Positions 31,181 through 45,070 are shown, counted from the first letter of the stretch. The stretch: 64,000 bases of DNA from the human T2T-CHM13v2.0 reference genome, Homo sapiens (GCF_009914755.1 NC_060928.1), one strand, 5' to 3'. The notes: generated by a model not told the origin, from the sequence alone. Translations and numbers: made by a program.

Positions 31181-31784
31181 AGACTGTCAGTGAGGAACTT
31201 CATAGAAGGAGGTAGTGTAGGTGGGTTTCTTGTCAAACTGAATTTGAACTTTGATTTTTTATGAAGTGAAAAATACTAATAATTGTCCACAAAATATTGC
31301 CGACTTTAAGTATTTTTGTCCTTATCTTGTTTATTAAGCAGGGATGAGCACAAGTCAAATGAGCAGAGCCTGGAGAAAATTAAAATCAAGAATTCTCACT
31401 CCAAGTCACAAAGTACAATCATGATGTGTGACCGGGGTCTTGAGAGCATTAATTTCCCATTCCCTTGACAATGAACTCTCCTAATGTATGTATTAAAGAC
31501 ATAGGATATAGTACTTATTATCAGCATATCATAAATCTTCCATTAAAATAATACAAATAAAGCACTGTGCCTAGGCCACTGGAAATAAAACTGTTGCATA
31601 ATTGACAGGCTGTAAGTATTTTTTTAAATCAAGTAATAGAAAATTTTGTTGCCTTCCACAGTCTAAATCTCAGAACTATCTAGTTACTTGCTCGGTTTCA
31701 CTTATTTTATTTCAATGTGAATATTGAAATGTTTGTCTCAGTCTACCAAAATATAAATAATCAAATTTATATTAAATTGTGTAT

Positions 31785-32509
31785 TTTATTTCCTGATACA
31801 AAACAAAGACTTTTTTATGATGGTGTAGGGTGTCTGGACCCAGGGAAAGTAGGCTTTGTATGGTCTGGTGGCTGAAGAACTAGACGCACAAAGGGAGAAT
31901 CTTGGCCTTTGCAGAACAGCAGGTCTGGACAGCTTAGTTCACTGCACAGCCAACTCAGAAGCCCTTCCGGAGCAAATCTGGCCCAGAAGGCTGCACATAT
32001 TTTTGCCTGGATAGATTCTTCATGTTCAACAGGAGCCTCTGCAGCGATGATGGGGTCCTCCATATTGCTCACACAAAGCTACAGTATGGGACAGGAAATC
32101 TGGCTCTTTAACCCTCTGGCTGCTGCACATGACTATTTGGCTAGCAAAGCAGAAAAATGTCGACAGCCTAAGGTTTAAATGATTAGTAACAGGTTTTTGA
32201 GTGATTTTCCCAGAATGTGCTAGTATAAATAGAGGACTGTGAAACTGTGGTTTGTGGTATTTTTTTTCTTCCTTTTGATATTGTGGCTTGTTTGTTTCCA
32301 TTTCTTTTCATGACACATTCCTTTTTATGACTGTACACCCACGCCAAATATCCAAATGCAGGCTTGAAAGGGAAGGTGCTCACCTCAAAGCACTTCCTGA
32401 TTAGGAATCAGGTGTCTACATCCAGAATGCTGATAGGCTTTTTAACTCTCCAAAAATTGATCCATTGTGGTGAGTTATTTTGGCTTATACCCTAGATTTT
32501 GTTTATAGG
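31785..32509 (-). ncRNA. Candidate spliced exon pair (32509-32384; 32140 to polyA signal) of an unidentified transcript
   Basis: TACTAAT branch plus GTCTGTCTCTTCCAG acceptor; GAG|GTGAGC donor; TTTTTCTGCTTTGCTAG acceptor; AATAAA at 31785-31790. Confidence 0.45.
31815..32063 (-). CDS. Candidate 82-aa small ORF (MEDPIIAAEAPVEHEE...RHPTPS), no recognised family
   Basis: ATG in strong context (AAT-ATG-G), non-repeat and GC-richer than flanks, stop 25 nt before AATAAA; upstream out-of-frame ATGs are present. Confidence 0.2.
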   Translation of the reverse strand: MEDPIIAAEAPVEHEESIQAKICAAFWARFAPEGLLSWLCSELSCPDLLFCKGQDSPFVRLVLQPPDHTKPTFPGSRHPTPS

Positions 32510-33379
32510 CTGGAAGAGACAGACACGACTATTAGTACATTATTACTTACTGCAATATTTGAGAATTTTCTTTTTAATGAGTACATAGACCACTTATTAA
32601 CAATGTGATGCCTTACTTAAGAAGCAATACAGTGCTTTCTTTTTAAATTTTTAAATGTTTCTTTTCTATATTTACTATTATTATATTTTAAAAAACATGA
32701 AACTGACAAATAGATTCATATCCTGGGTGGTTTGATAAATGTTACTTATACATTGTAATAGAGAGATTAAAAATATGACATTTAATGAGTAGAAATGGCA
32801 CCAAATAATGCAAAGCTTTGAGCGTAGTTTATTGAGATAAGTCATATTATATCAACTTCAGCAAACACGGGTTTCTTAAAATGAATAATGACAATCTTCT
32901 GTTGGGAAAACCGTTCTGTTCAGTAACAAAGCACAGGTTTTGAAATCAAGAGCATTGTTTTGAAAATATTTGCAGGAGCCAGTCATTAGCTCCTATATGT
33001 GTTATGATATGGATACAGGGCATACCTTATGATTTTCTATGTCTCAGTATGCATTTTTTGGTTAAAATAAGATTTTCTACTTTTTAGTATGAAAGAAAAC
33101 TGAAGCATCCGAATATGGGAAACCTCCAGGACTTACATAAGTGAATGAAAGAAACCAGCAGGCCTCTGATTTGTATTTGTCACTATTCTTATCTAGTTGG
33201 CATTTTATGTTGGTAATCACCACAAGTTTTCTTGTAAAAGCCATGTAAAAAGTACCATATTTAAACAAGAAAGGACAGAAGAAAAAATAGTGCGTTTTCT
33301 TAGCACTTATACAGGTGCTGCTTTTCCCAACTTAGGAAAAAAAAAACCTCTTTCTAGCCTTTAGAAAGACTATGCATTT

Positions 33380-35240
33380 CACTGAACACAAAGCCCAATC
33401 TCCCACTGCCCCTTTACACATAATCTTCTTGAGAGACAAAATCAGTTCTCTGACTTCACTTTCTCACACGTATTCCATCTGTCTTGCACCCACCACTCTA
33501 CTGAAACGGTTCTTATTAAAGTCATTTATGACCTTCGGATTGCTAAATCAAACAGACATTTTGATATATCTTGTCTTATTTAATATGATCTCATCTCTTC
33601 CCTATGACATTCCATTATTCTTGATGTTTTCTTTACTTCTTTGGCTTCCTTCATACTACTCTTTGCTAGGCTTCTTAATTGATCTACTTTTCTTTGTGGG
33701 ATTCTTTCCCTCCATCTATCTTTCAATTTTCACGTTTCCTCTGATTAGTCTATCTTAATCTTTTTCTCTCCTCACTTACCACACCCTGACCTGAGCTATG
33801 ACACTCCTCCTCCCAATGTGCATTACAGCTCACTTGGTGAAAACCTCTGAGTTCGTTAAGATGCTTTTGGATACAAGTAACAGAAATAAAAACATGCATA
33901 AGGCATGAAACTCAAAATTTATTAGCTCACATATCTAAAACATTAAGGAGAAAGTTAACTAAAGGCTTGGTTGGATCCAGTAGTGCAAAAATATCAGCAG
34001 AACTGTTTCTTTTGTTGCTTTTTAACTTCTGTATTGTCTTCATCTGCAAACTTTACCTATACAGAAACAAAGACACCACCAGTTACTCTGGGCTTACTTA
34101 TTCTAACAGCTAGTAATCCCACTGGAAAAAACATGACCACCTCTCTTCCGGCATCCTCACCAGTACCTATGTTTGTTTTCTGATTGGCCTGACTTGATTC
34201 AAGTGCCCTCCACCATCAGAGGGAGAGGCATGGTGTTTTAATAGTCAAACCAGAATCAGTAACTCAGGAAAGGGGCATTTCACAAAAGAAAGTAAAGAGT
34301 AGATTTAAAACAAAACAACACATGAAAACCTCAGTTACAACTCTCAAATCTAGAACGTTTTCCTATACCCTTATCCTAGGACCCAGACAAATGTATTGTC
34401 TTCATTTCAAAATTACATCCCCAAAACTTGAATTAGAATTCCTTCTAGTCACACCCCTAAACATATTTATCTTCTTAAGCTTTTGGTAATGCTACCACTA
34501 CTTAAAATATCATCCAATGCAGAAACATAGAAGATATCTTAAACTTCTGCCTGACAATTCTATCTGCTAAATAAATACCAATGAAATACGTTACATTTGT
34601 TTTTTTCTCTCCAAATTTATTGTTACTACATTATTGCAGGTATATGTTATCTTTGAACTGAAGAATGTCCTAACTGGACTTATTTCCCTCGAATCTACTT
34701 TCCATATTGCTATTTCATTATCATTCTAATACATAAATATATTCATTTTACTTACCTGCTTTAAGCCAAATCACCCCCAGGATGAGTTATTCTCCAAACT
34801 CCTTCCCTGTCAATTCATGCTCTAAGTCAAAACTTAAGCCAAAGTAATCTAGAGTTTTCCAAATATGTCATTCTATTCTTGCTTGAGTGCCTTTGAACCC
34901 AGAATTCCTTTGTCCTAGAATAACCTTCCTCTCCTATCTTTTTAAATGCATTTATCTCATAGGATCTATTTTAGGTACCTTCAAGCTGAGTTAAAAACTC
35001 CCCCTTTTCAACCATGAACCTTGTATGCAATTTTTTTATTCCATTTATCAAAATGTATTTCTTTACATATTAACCTCTCTCTCTCAAGACTGAACTCCTG
35101 AGGGAGGAATATGTTTTATTAGACTTGTTAAGAGTTTATCTAATTCTATCCAATGACAGTCACCATGTCTGTAATATTGCATGAAAAAAAATTTACACTG
35201 AATAAATGCATGCAGGCATGAGTGAATGAATGAATACAAT
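33380..35240 (+). mobile_element. L2 LINE interrupted by an MLT1J/K-like LTR (~33850-34330, minus)
   Basis: CACCACTCTACTGAAAC...TTGCTAAATC L2 motifs; (TGAA)n tail at 35219-35233; TGATTGGCCTGACTTG MaLR motif in the middle. Confidence 0.65.
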
Positions 35241-36079
35241 AACAAACTTTGATAATCTGAAATTATGAAAACAATGATTACCACCCAAAAGGCAAAGAGG
35301 AACTTCATTTTTAGAAAACATTTAAAACAAAAGCTTTAATTTCTGACATTAATGATTTCAATAATATTCATGGTTTATAATCTACATGAATGTTTCAAGC
35401 ACTTCCACATTGAAAGCATCATTTGCCTTTGCATGATAGGCCAAAAGAAGTATCATTACCATCAGTACTACAGTGCTTATCAGAGGGAGAAGCTAAGGAG
35501 CAGATTGGTTGTGTGCCCATCCCAGGTTCATGAAGAGTATTGGCAGTAGCACTAGATCAAAAAAAATTTGTTTCCCTAGTCATTTAAAAGCATAAATTAG
35601 AACTATTCTCCAGAATCAATGGAGAAGGCCAGAGCATCCTATTTTAATCAATTATAAAAATTCTCCTTCTCCAATCAAAGAAAGGTATTAGTGAAATGAA
35701 TGAAAGTAATTAAATCTAATTTAGTCATGCAAATGAGTTTAATTAAAAGAAATCTACCCTTTAATAACTTCAGGGGAAAATGCAGTTCCTTATGGAGTTT
35801 GAAATTTAGTTAAGCTCACAAGACACAATAGCTGAACTGATGAGACCACACTGTTGTAATCTGCTTGTGTAAATATTGACACATGTAGCATTTATTTTGT
35901 CTCACAGTGATAATACTTGCTCTAGGCTTCTGATGAAATCTGGCATTTATAATTATTAAAAGATGCTTGTTAAAAATATTCTTATCCATCATGTTAATTC
36001 TATGAATGAGATCGCTAATACATTGACCTCCAAAATAAAATATTGCCTAAACCAGAGTTTAAGAAAATGAATTTAAATT

Positions 36080-36930
36080 CAACGCTCATGGAGCCCCTAC
36101 TCTACAGAAAACGTTGAGCCATAATTATAGCAGGAAAACCAGGGGAGGAGCAACGGGAAGGTCCCTGTCCTGAGCATGCTTACAGTCTAATGACTGCACT
36201 GTCTTCTGTCTGTAACAATTACAGACAGAATTATTCAGAATGAAACTACAAGACTTGGATGCCATAAGGAAAAAAACATAATTCCATGGGAGAACAGAAA
36301 ATGGAACACTTATTTAGAATGACTGGGAAGATACAGGAAACTCTTCACCAATGAAAGCAAATGTGACCTGGCTTTAGAGATAGAGGAGATTTTACTACAA
36401 AAATACAATGATGAGGAGAAAGAGGGAGACATAAAAGACAAAACATTGTAATAGGCAAAATATTATCCAAAAGAAGGAAAAGTCCATGCTTAAATGCTCT
36501 ATTAGCTTGGTGGGCTACAGGAGAAAAATTTTAGAAGACAGATCCACAGCTAGTCAGAGGTCAGATTTTGGGGGATTTTAAATGCCATACTTGGTGTCAG
36601 GACCGTTATCTGTAGACATTATAGAGGTGGGAAAGGTTTTTGAACAAAGGAGTGGCGTGACTACTTGTCATTTGGAAGGAAGACTCTGATTAAGGATGAA
36701 GAAGAATTTATAACGGAGAAATAATGGAGACCAACAGACAGGTAGTTGTTGAATTATTTGAATAAGGGTACAGGATGCTGTGGTGTAAGGCAATGGCAAT
36801 GAGAATACAAAAGGAGAAGCAGAGTCCCAAGACTTTAGCAACCAGTGAGCTTTAACATCGGTATCAGGGTGGACAGTGATGCTCTCAATTAAACTAGAGA
36901 GCACAGAAAGACAGGGAAGAGATACTGAAT
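36080..36930 (-). mobile_element. L2 fragment
   Basis: GTCCCTGTCCTGAGCATGCTTACAGTCTA...TTTTGAACAAAGGAGTGGCGTGA...GAAGACTCTG antisense L2 pattern. Confidence 0.6.
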
Positions 36931-37566
36931 GAAGCCAATCCACAGCTGTGCATTTCAAACACAACTTCATGCCTCTCACAACCCCCTCACTCTATTCTAC
37001 TTTTTCTTTTTCTTCATACTTCTATGTTTTCTTAGGTATATTGCATCTTCTTTGCTAAATATAAGCTTCAAAAGGGCAGACAATATTTTGCTCTATTGTT
37101 CACTGATGTATCTTGAAAATCTAGCATATTGTAGATGTATCTTAAATGTCTAGCACAGAATAGAGTCTAATACATAATAGATGCTTGAAAAGTATTTGCT
37201 AAAAAATGGTAAAAAGATGGTAATATTGAAATCAAGTTATCAGTAAAAAAACTAAAATTAATACATGGCTTCCAAAACCCTGAGTTATCTATCCCTGTTT
37301 ACTTCTGTTTTTTCTTCTATTACTGTTGTTCAATGGTGTCCCATGCTTCAATTACACAGAATTCCCTTTAGCACCATGAAGGCCTGCTCTCTTCTGTTGT
37401 TGAATTATGTTCAAGGCCAATCACAATGTCTCTTATCTCCAGGCCTTTAAACCCATTCCTCCGTCTCCCAAGAATGTGCAAACTACTCCTACCTCCCTTA
37501 TCTCTGCTCAATCATCTCCTCTTCATTCTTGAGGGATCAATCCTTTCTCTAAGGAGCTTCTCCTTT

Positions 37567-37680
37567 GGAGAATTGCTTGAGCCAGGGAGGTTGAGGCCGC
37601 AGTGAGCCATGGTTGCCCCACTGTACTTCAGCCTGCTGGGGGACAGAATGAGACCCTGTCTCAAAAAAAAAAAAAAGAAA
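37567..37680 (+). mobile_element. 5'-truncated AluJ/FRAM right-arm fragment inside L2 remnants (~36940-37920)
   Basis: GGAGAATTGCTTGAGCC...GAGACCCTGTCTC plus A-tail. Confidence 0.85.
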
Positions 37681-39378
37681 CTACTACCGATTCCAAATCT
37701 GGTGTGGATGTCTCTGATTTGTCCTTACACAATACTCCATCCCTCTGTCAGGGAAAATTTTTACACTATATGATCATCAATTGCCTAGTCCTTGTTTACT
37801 TCCCCATCTATCTGATTGTGTATTTATGAAGGAACACATGAGTATCTTTCACCAATGTTCCCCCAGCGGGTAGCACAGGACCCTGCAAACATGAGCACTT
37901 AATACGTTTGTATTCAAATAATAAACATGTGGAAAAAACAGAAAACAAATAATAAACATGGTGGTTCAGTTTTCAAAAGTAAACTTCAAAAATTCTGACA
38001 CAGAAAAGGAATGCTTAGAATACTAATGTAGAGATATTCTAAATTAGAAGAAAATTAAAATTCATTTATGATTGTACTATTGTTTCACTTAAGTAAAATG
38101 AGAGGCTGTTAGTGATGAAGATGGAAGAATTTGGGTTTGAGAGGAAATGGAAAGTAGGTACGACTTGGGATAATTATCTAAGGAAATCAGGTAGAGAGAG
38201 GGAGCAAGAAGTGAACAAAAGACTAACATTCCCAATGAATATCAAAGGGCTTAGAAAAGTGCTAATTTGCAAAGAAATTGTCCTCTAAATGGTAAGAGAA
38301 TGTAAAATTTAAAATATTACAAGTAAGTAGTTGACAAAACAAGAATAAAAATTAACAATCTATTCCATTCTTAAAAAAAAAAAGTGATATTTTGCAATGC
38401 AGAATCAGAGATCTGAGGGCTAAGAAGGGTGCTTATGTAATTACTACTTGTATCTGTGCTGGTTGTATTAATACCTTGCACTGAAGCACCCAGTGTCGGG
38501 GTGAGTGGGAGCTACAACACAGCTCATAGTCTTCTTGCCAAGCCAAACACCTGATGTGGCCCTATATCCACTAGGAAGAAGGGGCACATTTTCTTAATAC
38601 TCACCATGACTTTGACTGCCTGCCCAGCCTTCCAACCATATGCCTGGCTCTCTCCAGAGAGGAAGAATTTTCCTGGTTCTCCCAAAGGCACAATATGAAC
38701 TAGCCTCATTCCTTTATCGGGATGAGGAAATAGGAGGCTTAATTCAAGTTTAACATGTAAATACTAACATTTGGAATTTTAGATTCATGTTGCAAGTGCT
38801 TTAATACATTTGCCATCAAAATCAATTTTAGGAAAAGGCAATAATAGTAATCTAATGAATGTGGGATGCTACTAACATCAGCTCATCTAGGACTTCTTTA
38901 ATGGAGTGATGTTGGCATAAGCCACTTCAAATTTATTTTTGAAAGAGCTGAAAACTGAATAAATGATTGCATGTGACAAATAAGAAATAAACTGATGAAT
39001 AAATAAATATTATTTTTTTTTTGGTTCAAGTTGTATGGCAAATATTTTCTCTGTATTCCCTTTGTGTATGGCTATTTTCCATTAGTTCAGTATTCCTACG
39101 GCATTATTGATGAGGATTTAGTGAGAGAAATGGAATTGGGTATACTTTACCCTGGATTCTCAGTCATTCTGAGCAAACTTGTATGGGTTTCAATGTCCTC
39201 ATTTTTTAAAATGAGGAGAATAATGAAAGTCTGCCATGAGACTTCAAGGTAAAAATCATAAAGCACAAGAAAACAAATTAGAATAACTGATTCATCTCAT
39301 CTGGAAGGAAGGATTTTATCCTATCTATAATTACAGTCATAAGCATCCTAGAAGCTTCTATTCGTAATATCTAAGGAG

Positions 39379-39581
39379 TAATATTTAAATTTTATTTAAT
39401 AATATTTAAATATTAAATAATTTAAACAATTAAATATTTTAATAATTTTAATAATTTAATTTAAAATAAGTTTAAATTTAAATTTGAAATTTTCATTTAA
39501 AATAATTTACATAATTAAATATTTACATAATTAAATATTTAACAATATTTTAAATTTAAATATTTAAATTTAAAATTATAA
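39379..39581. repeat. ~200-bp AT-rich low-complexity tract with palindromes
   Basis: Almost no G/C; perfect 30-bp palindrome at 39547-39576. Confidence 0.95.
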
Positions 39582-40177
39582 CTTTGTTTAAAGGTTCCAA
39601 TTATGGGACTCAGAGACAAAAGTTCTTCAAGTCTGTGTCTATTTCTTCTAGAAGAGCTAGGATACAATCTTGTTATAATAAATTATATCCACAAACACAT
39701 GATCAATGGCTTGTAATGAACAGGTTTTCTTGCATACAATTCAAGTTTGCATGTGTTTTATTTTTCATTCTTCAAGGAAATGGAAAAGTGAAGAATAATG
39801 TTCTAAAGGAATGGTAATTTAAAGTGACCCCCAAATTATTAATACCTCTTCTAAGTTGAGAACTCTGTTTTTTGTCCTGATTACATGATAAAATTTTTCT
39901 ATTTTGTCTTTTTATTTTTTTTAATTTTGAAACATTTCTTCTCATGAAATCTTCCAGGTTAGTTTGCGATTCTACCATGCTTAATTGCTCATTGCAATTT
40001 CCTGTGAGAAACAATTATTGAAAAAAGTAAGATTCTTTTTTTGCGTTCAGAGTTGTAACTACTAACTAAGCAGAAACTACAATGCTTGAGCATTCAATAG
40101 TTTAAGGTGATTATGAGCAAATCTAGGAGTCTAGAAAGTTCAACATTTACCAATAAATTTGATAGATTGTAGACATG

Positions 40178-40384
40178 ATGAGGAAGCTAATGCAAACCAT
40201 TAATATTGATATTGTAGGAGAGAAGCTCTAGAAAGTTCTTGGTTTTTTTTTTGGAAAAAGGAGAGGAATGGTGGCTGATTAATGAGAAAGCTAATGCAAA
40301 TTATTAATACTGATACTGTGGAAAAGAAGCTCTAGAAAGGGTTTATTTTTTTTAAGGAAAAAGGAGAGGAATGGTGGCTGATTA
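40178..40384 (+). repeat. ~104-bp tandem duplication (diverged)
   Basis: Units 40178-40281 and 40282-40384, both ending GGAAAAAGGAGAGGAATGGTGGCTGATTA. Confidence 0.95.
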
Positions 40385-41163
40385 GGAAGGTACATCTTTA
40401 ATATTGTTTAGTTATTCTTTTATTATAAAATTCTATATTTCGTTGGTGCTGACTTTATTGAGAGTAGAACATAATAAGGAAAAGCATAATTTCTGGAGTT
40501 AACATATTGAGTTTGAATTCTGGCTGTGAAAACTTTAATAAGATATTTACATTTCTAAGCTTTTGTTTCATATGAAAAAAATGTAGATGATGTGCTAATA
40601 TGTCTATCTTACAAAACGATTTTGATTACTTGTATCAAAGTAATGTGTGGTCAGTAAAACAGAAGTCATCACATGTTTTCTGGATAATAAGTGCTTAATA
40701 TCAAAATTGAGACTTTCATGATTGTTGACCCTCAAACCCCCACTAGAAGTGCAAGAAGCTGCCTCCAATGTCAGGGAAGCAATCATTGAAGATCTCATAT
40801 TAAAGCAACAAATAGTGTGGTTCTCATAAAACTTCTAAGAGAAGTTGCTGCAATTCTTCAGAATCTTTGAGAATATTTTATCAATTTTTCTGTCTGTAGC
40901 AACAAAGCAGGTGGCTGTCAAGGATTCATCAGGAAGTCTATGAGTCTGGGTAGATCAGCCTTTGGAGACTAAGAGCTTCTTCACCTACATCTTCCTAATT
41001 GGTTTCAGTTTCCTATAATTTACAAACTCTAACCAGGAATCTTACAGAAAGGAGGATTCTGGGAAACACATGTCCCATCTTCACTTCTGCCATTCAGGGG
41101 AGGCCTTGGAAGGAGATAATAGTGATGCCAAGTAACGTTAGACACACGTTAGACATTCTAAAG

Positions 41164-41688
41164 TAGGGGTCCCCAGCACCGAGGCTGCAGATCAGTACCA
41201 GTCCATGGCCTGTTAGGAACCAGGCTGCACAGCAGGAAGTGAGTGGCGGGAAAGCAAGCAAAGCTTCACCTGTATTTACAGCCGCTCCCCATCACTCACA
41301 TTACTGTCCGAGCTCCGCCTCCTGTCAGATCAGCAGCAGCATTAGATTCTCATAGTGGGGGAAACCCTGCTGTGAACTGCACATGCGAGGGAACTAGGTT
41401 GCATGCTCCTTAAGAGAATCTAATGCCTGATCATCGGTCACTATCCGCCATTAACTCCAGATGGGACCGTCTAGTTGCAGGAAACAAACTCAGGACTCCC
41501 ACTGATTCTATATTATGGTGAGTTGTCTAATTATTTCATTGTATATTACAATGTAATAATAATAGAAATAAAGTGCACAATAAATGTAATGCACTTGAAT
41601 CATTCCAAAACCATCCCCCACCACCTGGTCCTGGAAAACTGTTTTCCACAAAATCAGTCCCTGGTACCAAAAATGTTGGGGACTGCTG
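41164..41688 (+). mobile_element. Full-length MER1A (hAT-Charlie MITE)
   Basis: TIRs TAGGGGTCCCCA / TGGGGACTGCTG; perfect 8-bp TSD TTCTAAAG (41156-41163, 41689-41696). Confidence 0.95.
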
Positions 41689-42203
41689 TTCTAAAGCATT
41701 TAGAATAATGCTTCTTGAAAAATGAGCACTTGGTAAATATGGCATAATACTCTGTTGTATTTTGTTAGTAGTGGATTGAATTTGCATAAGAAATCTAAGT
41801 CTGTAATGTATTCATATATACACTTCTTGAATGATATCTCTCTTTGGTATCTCTGTCTCTTTTTCCCTCTTTCTCTCTTTTTCCTAAAATTGAATTTTTT
41901 TAAAAAAAACCCCACAACTTATCATGAATGAATGAATGAATGAAAGTTGGTAAATTACCTATCAGGCCAGGAAAAGTACAGTACTATAAGGTTTGATATG
42001 GGGATGATGAGTGGAGCCATTTAGCTTCTGAGTCCAGGAAGACCACGGTGGATAAAGTCCAGGCTAGGATGGACATTGCTGCCATGTAATTATCAAGGCC
42101 CCAGGAATCATGATCGAGGTCTCCTCCGACATTTCAGAAGTAAACTGCTCTCCTAGCTTCTCACCATATCTAGCCATAAGTAAATCACTTATGCTCCTAC
42201 TTT

Positions 42204-42524
<321 letters not shown>

Positions 42525-42689
42525 TATGCTGCTACTTTCAGAGGGTTGGGGTAGGGGACAATAAAGAGAACAGAAGTAAAGAATACAGATATTTTTTCTT
42601 GATTGTGGATTATTTTTAATTTTTGTAAATTTATATGTAATTTAGCTATTATAAAAAAATGGTATTACTGGTTTCTCTGGGTTTTTTTG

Positions 42690-42929
<240 letters not shown>

Positions 42930-43267
42930 TGAGAATTTTCTAAATGCACCTTTTCTCTCTTGATAAGTCTATTAACTGAAGTTTAGTTTGCCTTCTGTTT
43001 AAAGAATGTTTTAAGTTGGTAAATTACATATCATTCTCTATGATAGCTGAGCTGAGAATATTGAAATTTTGGAGATTTTTATATACTTTACTTATGTGGT
43101 TTGAGAAATAGTTTTACCCATTCTAAGAAGAGAATTTTATCCAGTATTAATAAAGAAATAAATAAAAGTATGAGACTTCCTTGTAGATGAAAAATCACTG
43201 ACTTCATTCCAGTAAATTTCAGTTTTCAATCAACTTACTGTTTTCCTATTTGCATTGCTGCAGTGCC

Positions 43268-43695
43268 TGTGTAGCAAAGATTGCTAATAATCACCAATAT
43301 CCATTTCCCTATTCTTCGTCTTCCTGGTTAAACAGCTAAACCACATTTTCTGTTCCTTTGCAGTTAAATTTGGAATGTGTAATCCAGATTTAGACAATGA
43401 ATATGGTAGAAATGGTATTACTGCCAGATCTGCCCCATAAAAATCTCTCCCATATAATCTGTCATCTTCTTCCTCTTCCGATAGTTATTCAAGGGACACA
43501 TTGAATTCAGAGGCATTAGGATTAAAAGAAACATGTCTCTGAATGACTGGTTGGTGTAGATTCTGCTACTGGTCCTTCCCTCCCACTTCAGCAATATCAT
43601 CTGACCGTTAAATGAGTAAACAAATTGCATTATGTTTAAACCGTGATATTTCAGGCTTTATGTGTTACTTCAGCTTAGCTTAACCTAACTGGCAC
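43268..43695 (+). mobile_element. MLT1I-like MaLR solo LTR
   Basis: TGTGTAGCAAAGATTGCTA...CCTTTGCAGTTA...GCCCCATAAAAATCTC...TGTTACTTCAGC...CTAACTGGCACA. Confidence 0.75.
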
Positions 43696-44639
43696 AGTAC
43701 TAAGCATAAAACAGGTAATAGTTGGCAAAATAAATAACAAAAAAATTACCAAAGCTATCTTTTAGGTTTACAAATCTTATACTCAGTTAGTTGATTTCCA
43801 TATTCCAAGAGTGAGTCATTGGATCTTAAATGCTCTGATTTGTGCAGGTGACCCAAGTCTGGATGTAAATGTGTTTTTAGGCAACTTCCACGTGGAAAGA
43901 GGTACTCATCAAGTTTAGCTGAATAGTCTTGTGATTCACAGCTTGTCTTTTGAGAAGAGTGGAGGAAATCGTGTCATTTATCATGGGTAATTCCAGTATG
44001 GCTCACACTATCAATCTCTCTGACAATCTCCTCAACAACTCGAAGACCAATCTGTGGCTGGAAACTGTCCAGGTGATAAGCATCAGGATGCTGTGGGCCA
44101 GGCCTGCTACAACACCTGCTCTAAAGTCAGATGTACCATCTGCAGTGAATGTAACCCAACTTATGAAGAGGAATCCAACAGTGTAACAATGTTACAATAT
44201 GCACGTAAGAAGGGACTTAGTGATGTCCCCAGTGGGTTCACCTCTCTCTTTGAACTGAGCAATTTTATGATTATAGGAACAACTGTTTTCTTCTTTCATA
44301 ACATGAGTAAAAAAGCCTGATCAACTTCTGGTGGTATAAAATATTCAGATTCTTAGTAAATAAGAAGTTTAGAGATGGAAATAAATGCTTTATGAATTTG
44401 TTGTCTCAGCTAGACACAGGCTTCGAGAATTTAGAATATTTTTCTTTAATATTCACTATCTGAAAAATAAATAAGAATGGATTTTTAGTTTTAAATGATT
44501 CAGTAGCCTTGTTTATACTATTTCTTTCTTTTTATAAAAAGTCTCTTTTGCTTCTGGTTTTAATTTATATTCTAAAAGCTTCCTCTTTCTTCTTATATAA
44601 CTTGGTCTTTCTCATCAGAATGCTTGGTTAGGAAATCAC

Positions 44640-45070
44640 CAGTTACCTCAATCTGAGTCAATCATAGTACCCTAAACCCTTACAGTGGTCCATCCAGAGA
44701 TAGCCACATTACTCAAGTGGAGCCAGTTGAAGTCCTTCTCCAGATTTTTCAAATTTGACCCCCAAAGAAAGATCTTTATCTGGTTGATGAATCCATGAGA
44801 ATGTAAGTCCAGGAGTTGTCAGCTGTCCTAGTTTCTGCCATCTTGAGCAATCAAGGCCAGCAATAGAGATAGTCCTGTGAAGAGAAATGGAGAGAGTTTT
44901 GTCAATACTTGAGTTCCTGATTCTTGTTTTACTTGAGGTAGGCTTCCCGCCTGCCTTTCCTATAGTATGAGTATATAAAGTATATATTTGGCTATGTAAG
45001 CCAATAAATTATTTTGTTGCTCAAATTTAAGGTGTATTTAGTATCATGAAAGCAAGAGTCTTAGTAAAAC
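44640..45070 (+). mobile_element. Old MaLR LTR (MLT1K-like)
   Basis: GCCAATAAATT...AAAGCAAGAGTCTTAGTAAAAC end; CAGCTGTCCTAGTTTCTGCCA. Confidence 0.55.

Noticed and set aside
33372-33758. 128-aa hydrophobic ORF (also 56608-57066)
   Set aside because: T-rich L2 or Alu sequence gives Leu/Phe-rich frames; no family signal
33770-34760. Strong minus-strand donors GTG|GTAAGT (~33780) and CAG|GTAAGT (~34756)
   Set aside because: Inside L2 with no convincing acceptor; expected by chance
40730-41150. Possible old ERVL-type LTR (GGATTCTGGGAAA motif)
   Set aside because: Too degraded to assign family or boundaries without a search
44120-44210. Kinesin-like NP...LQYAR spacing
   Set aside because: The conserved ET and GGN residues are absent and no other motor motifs lie nearby
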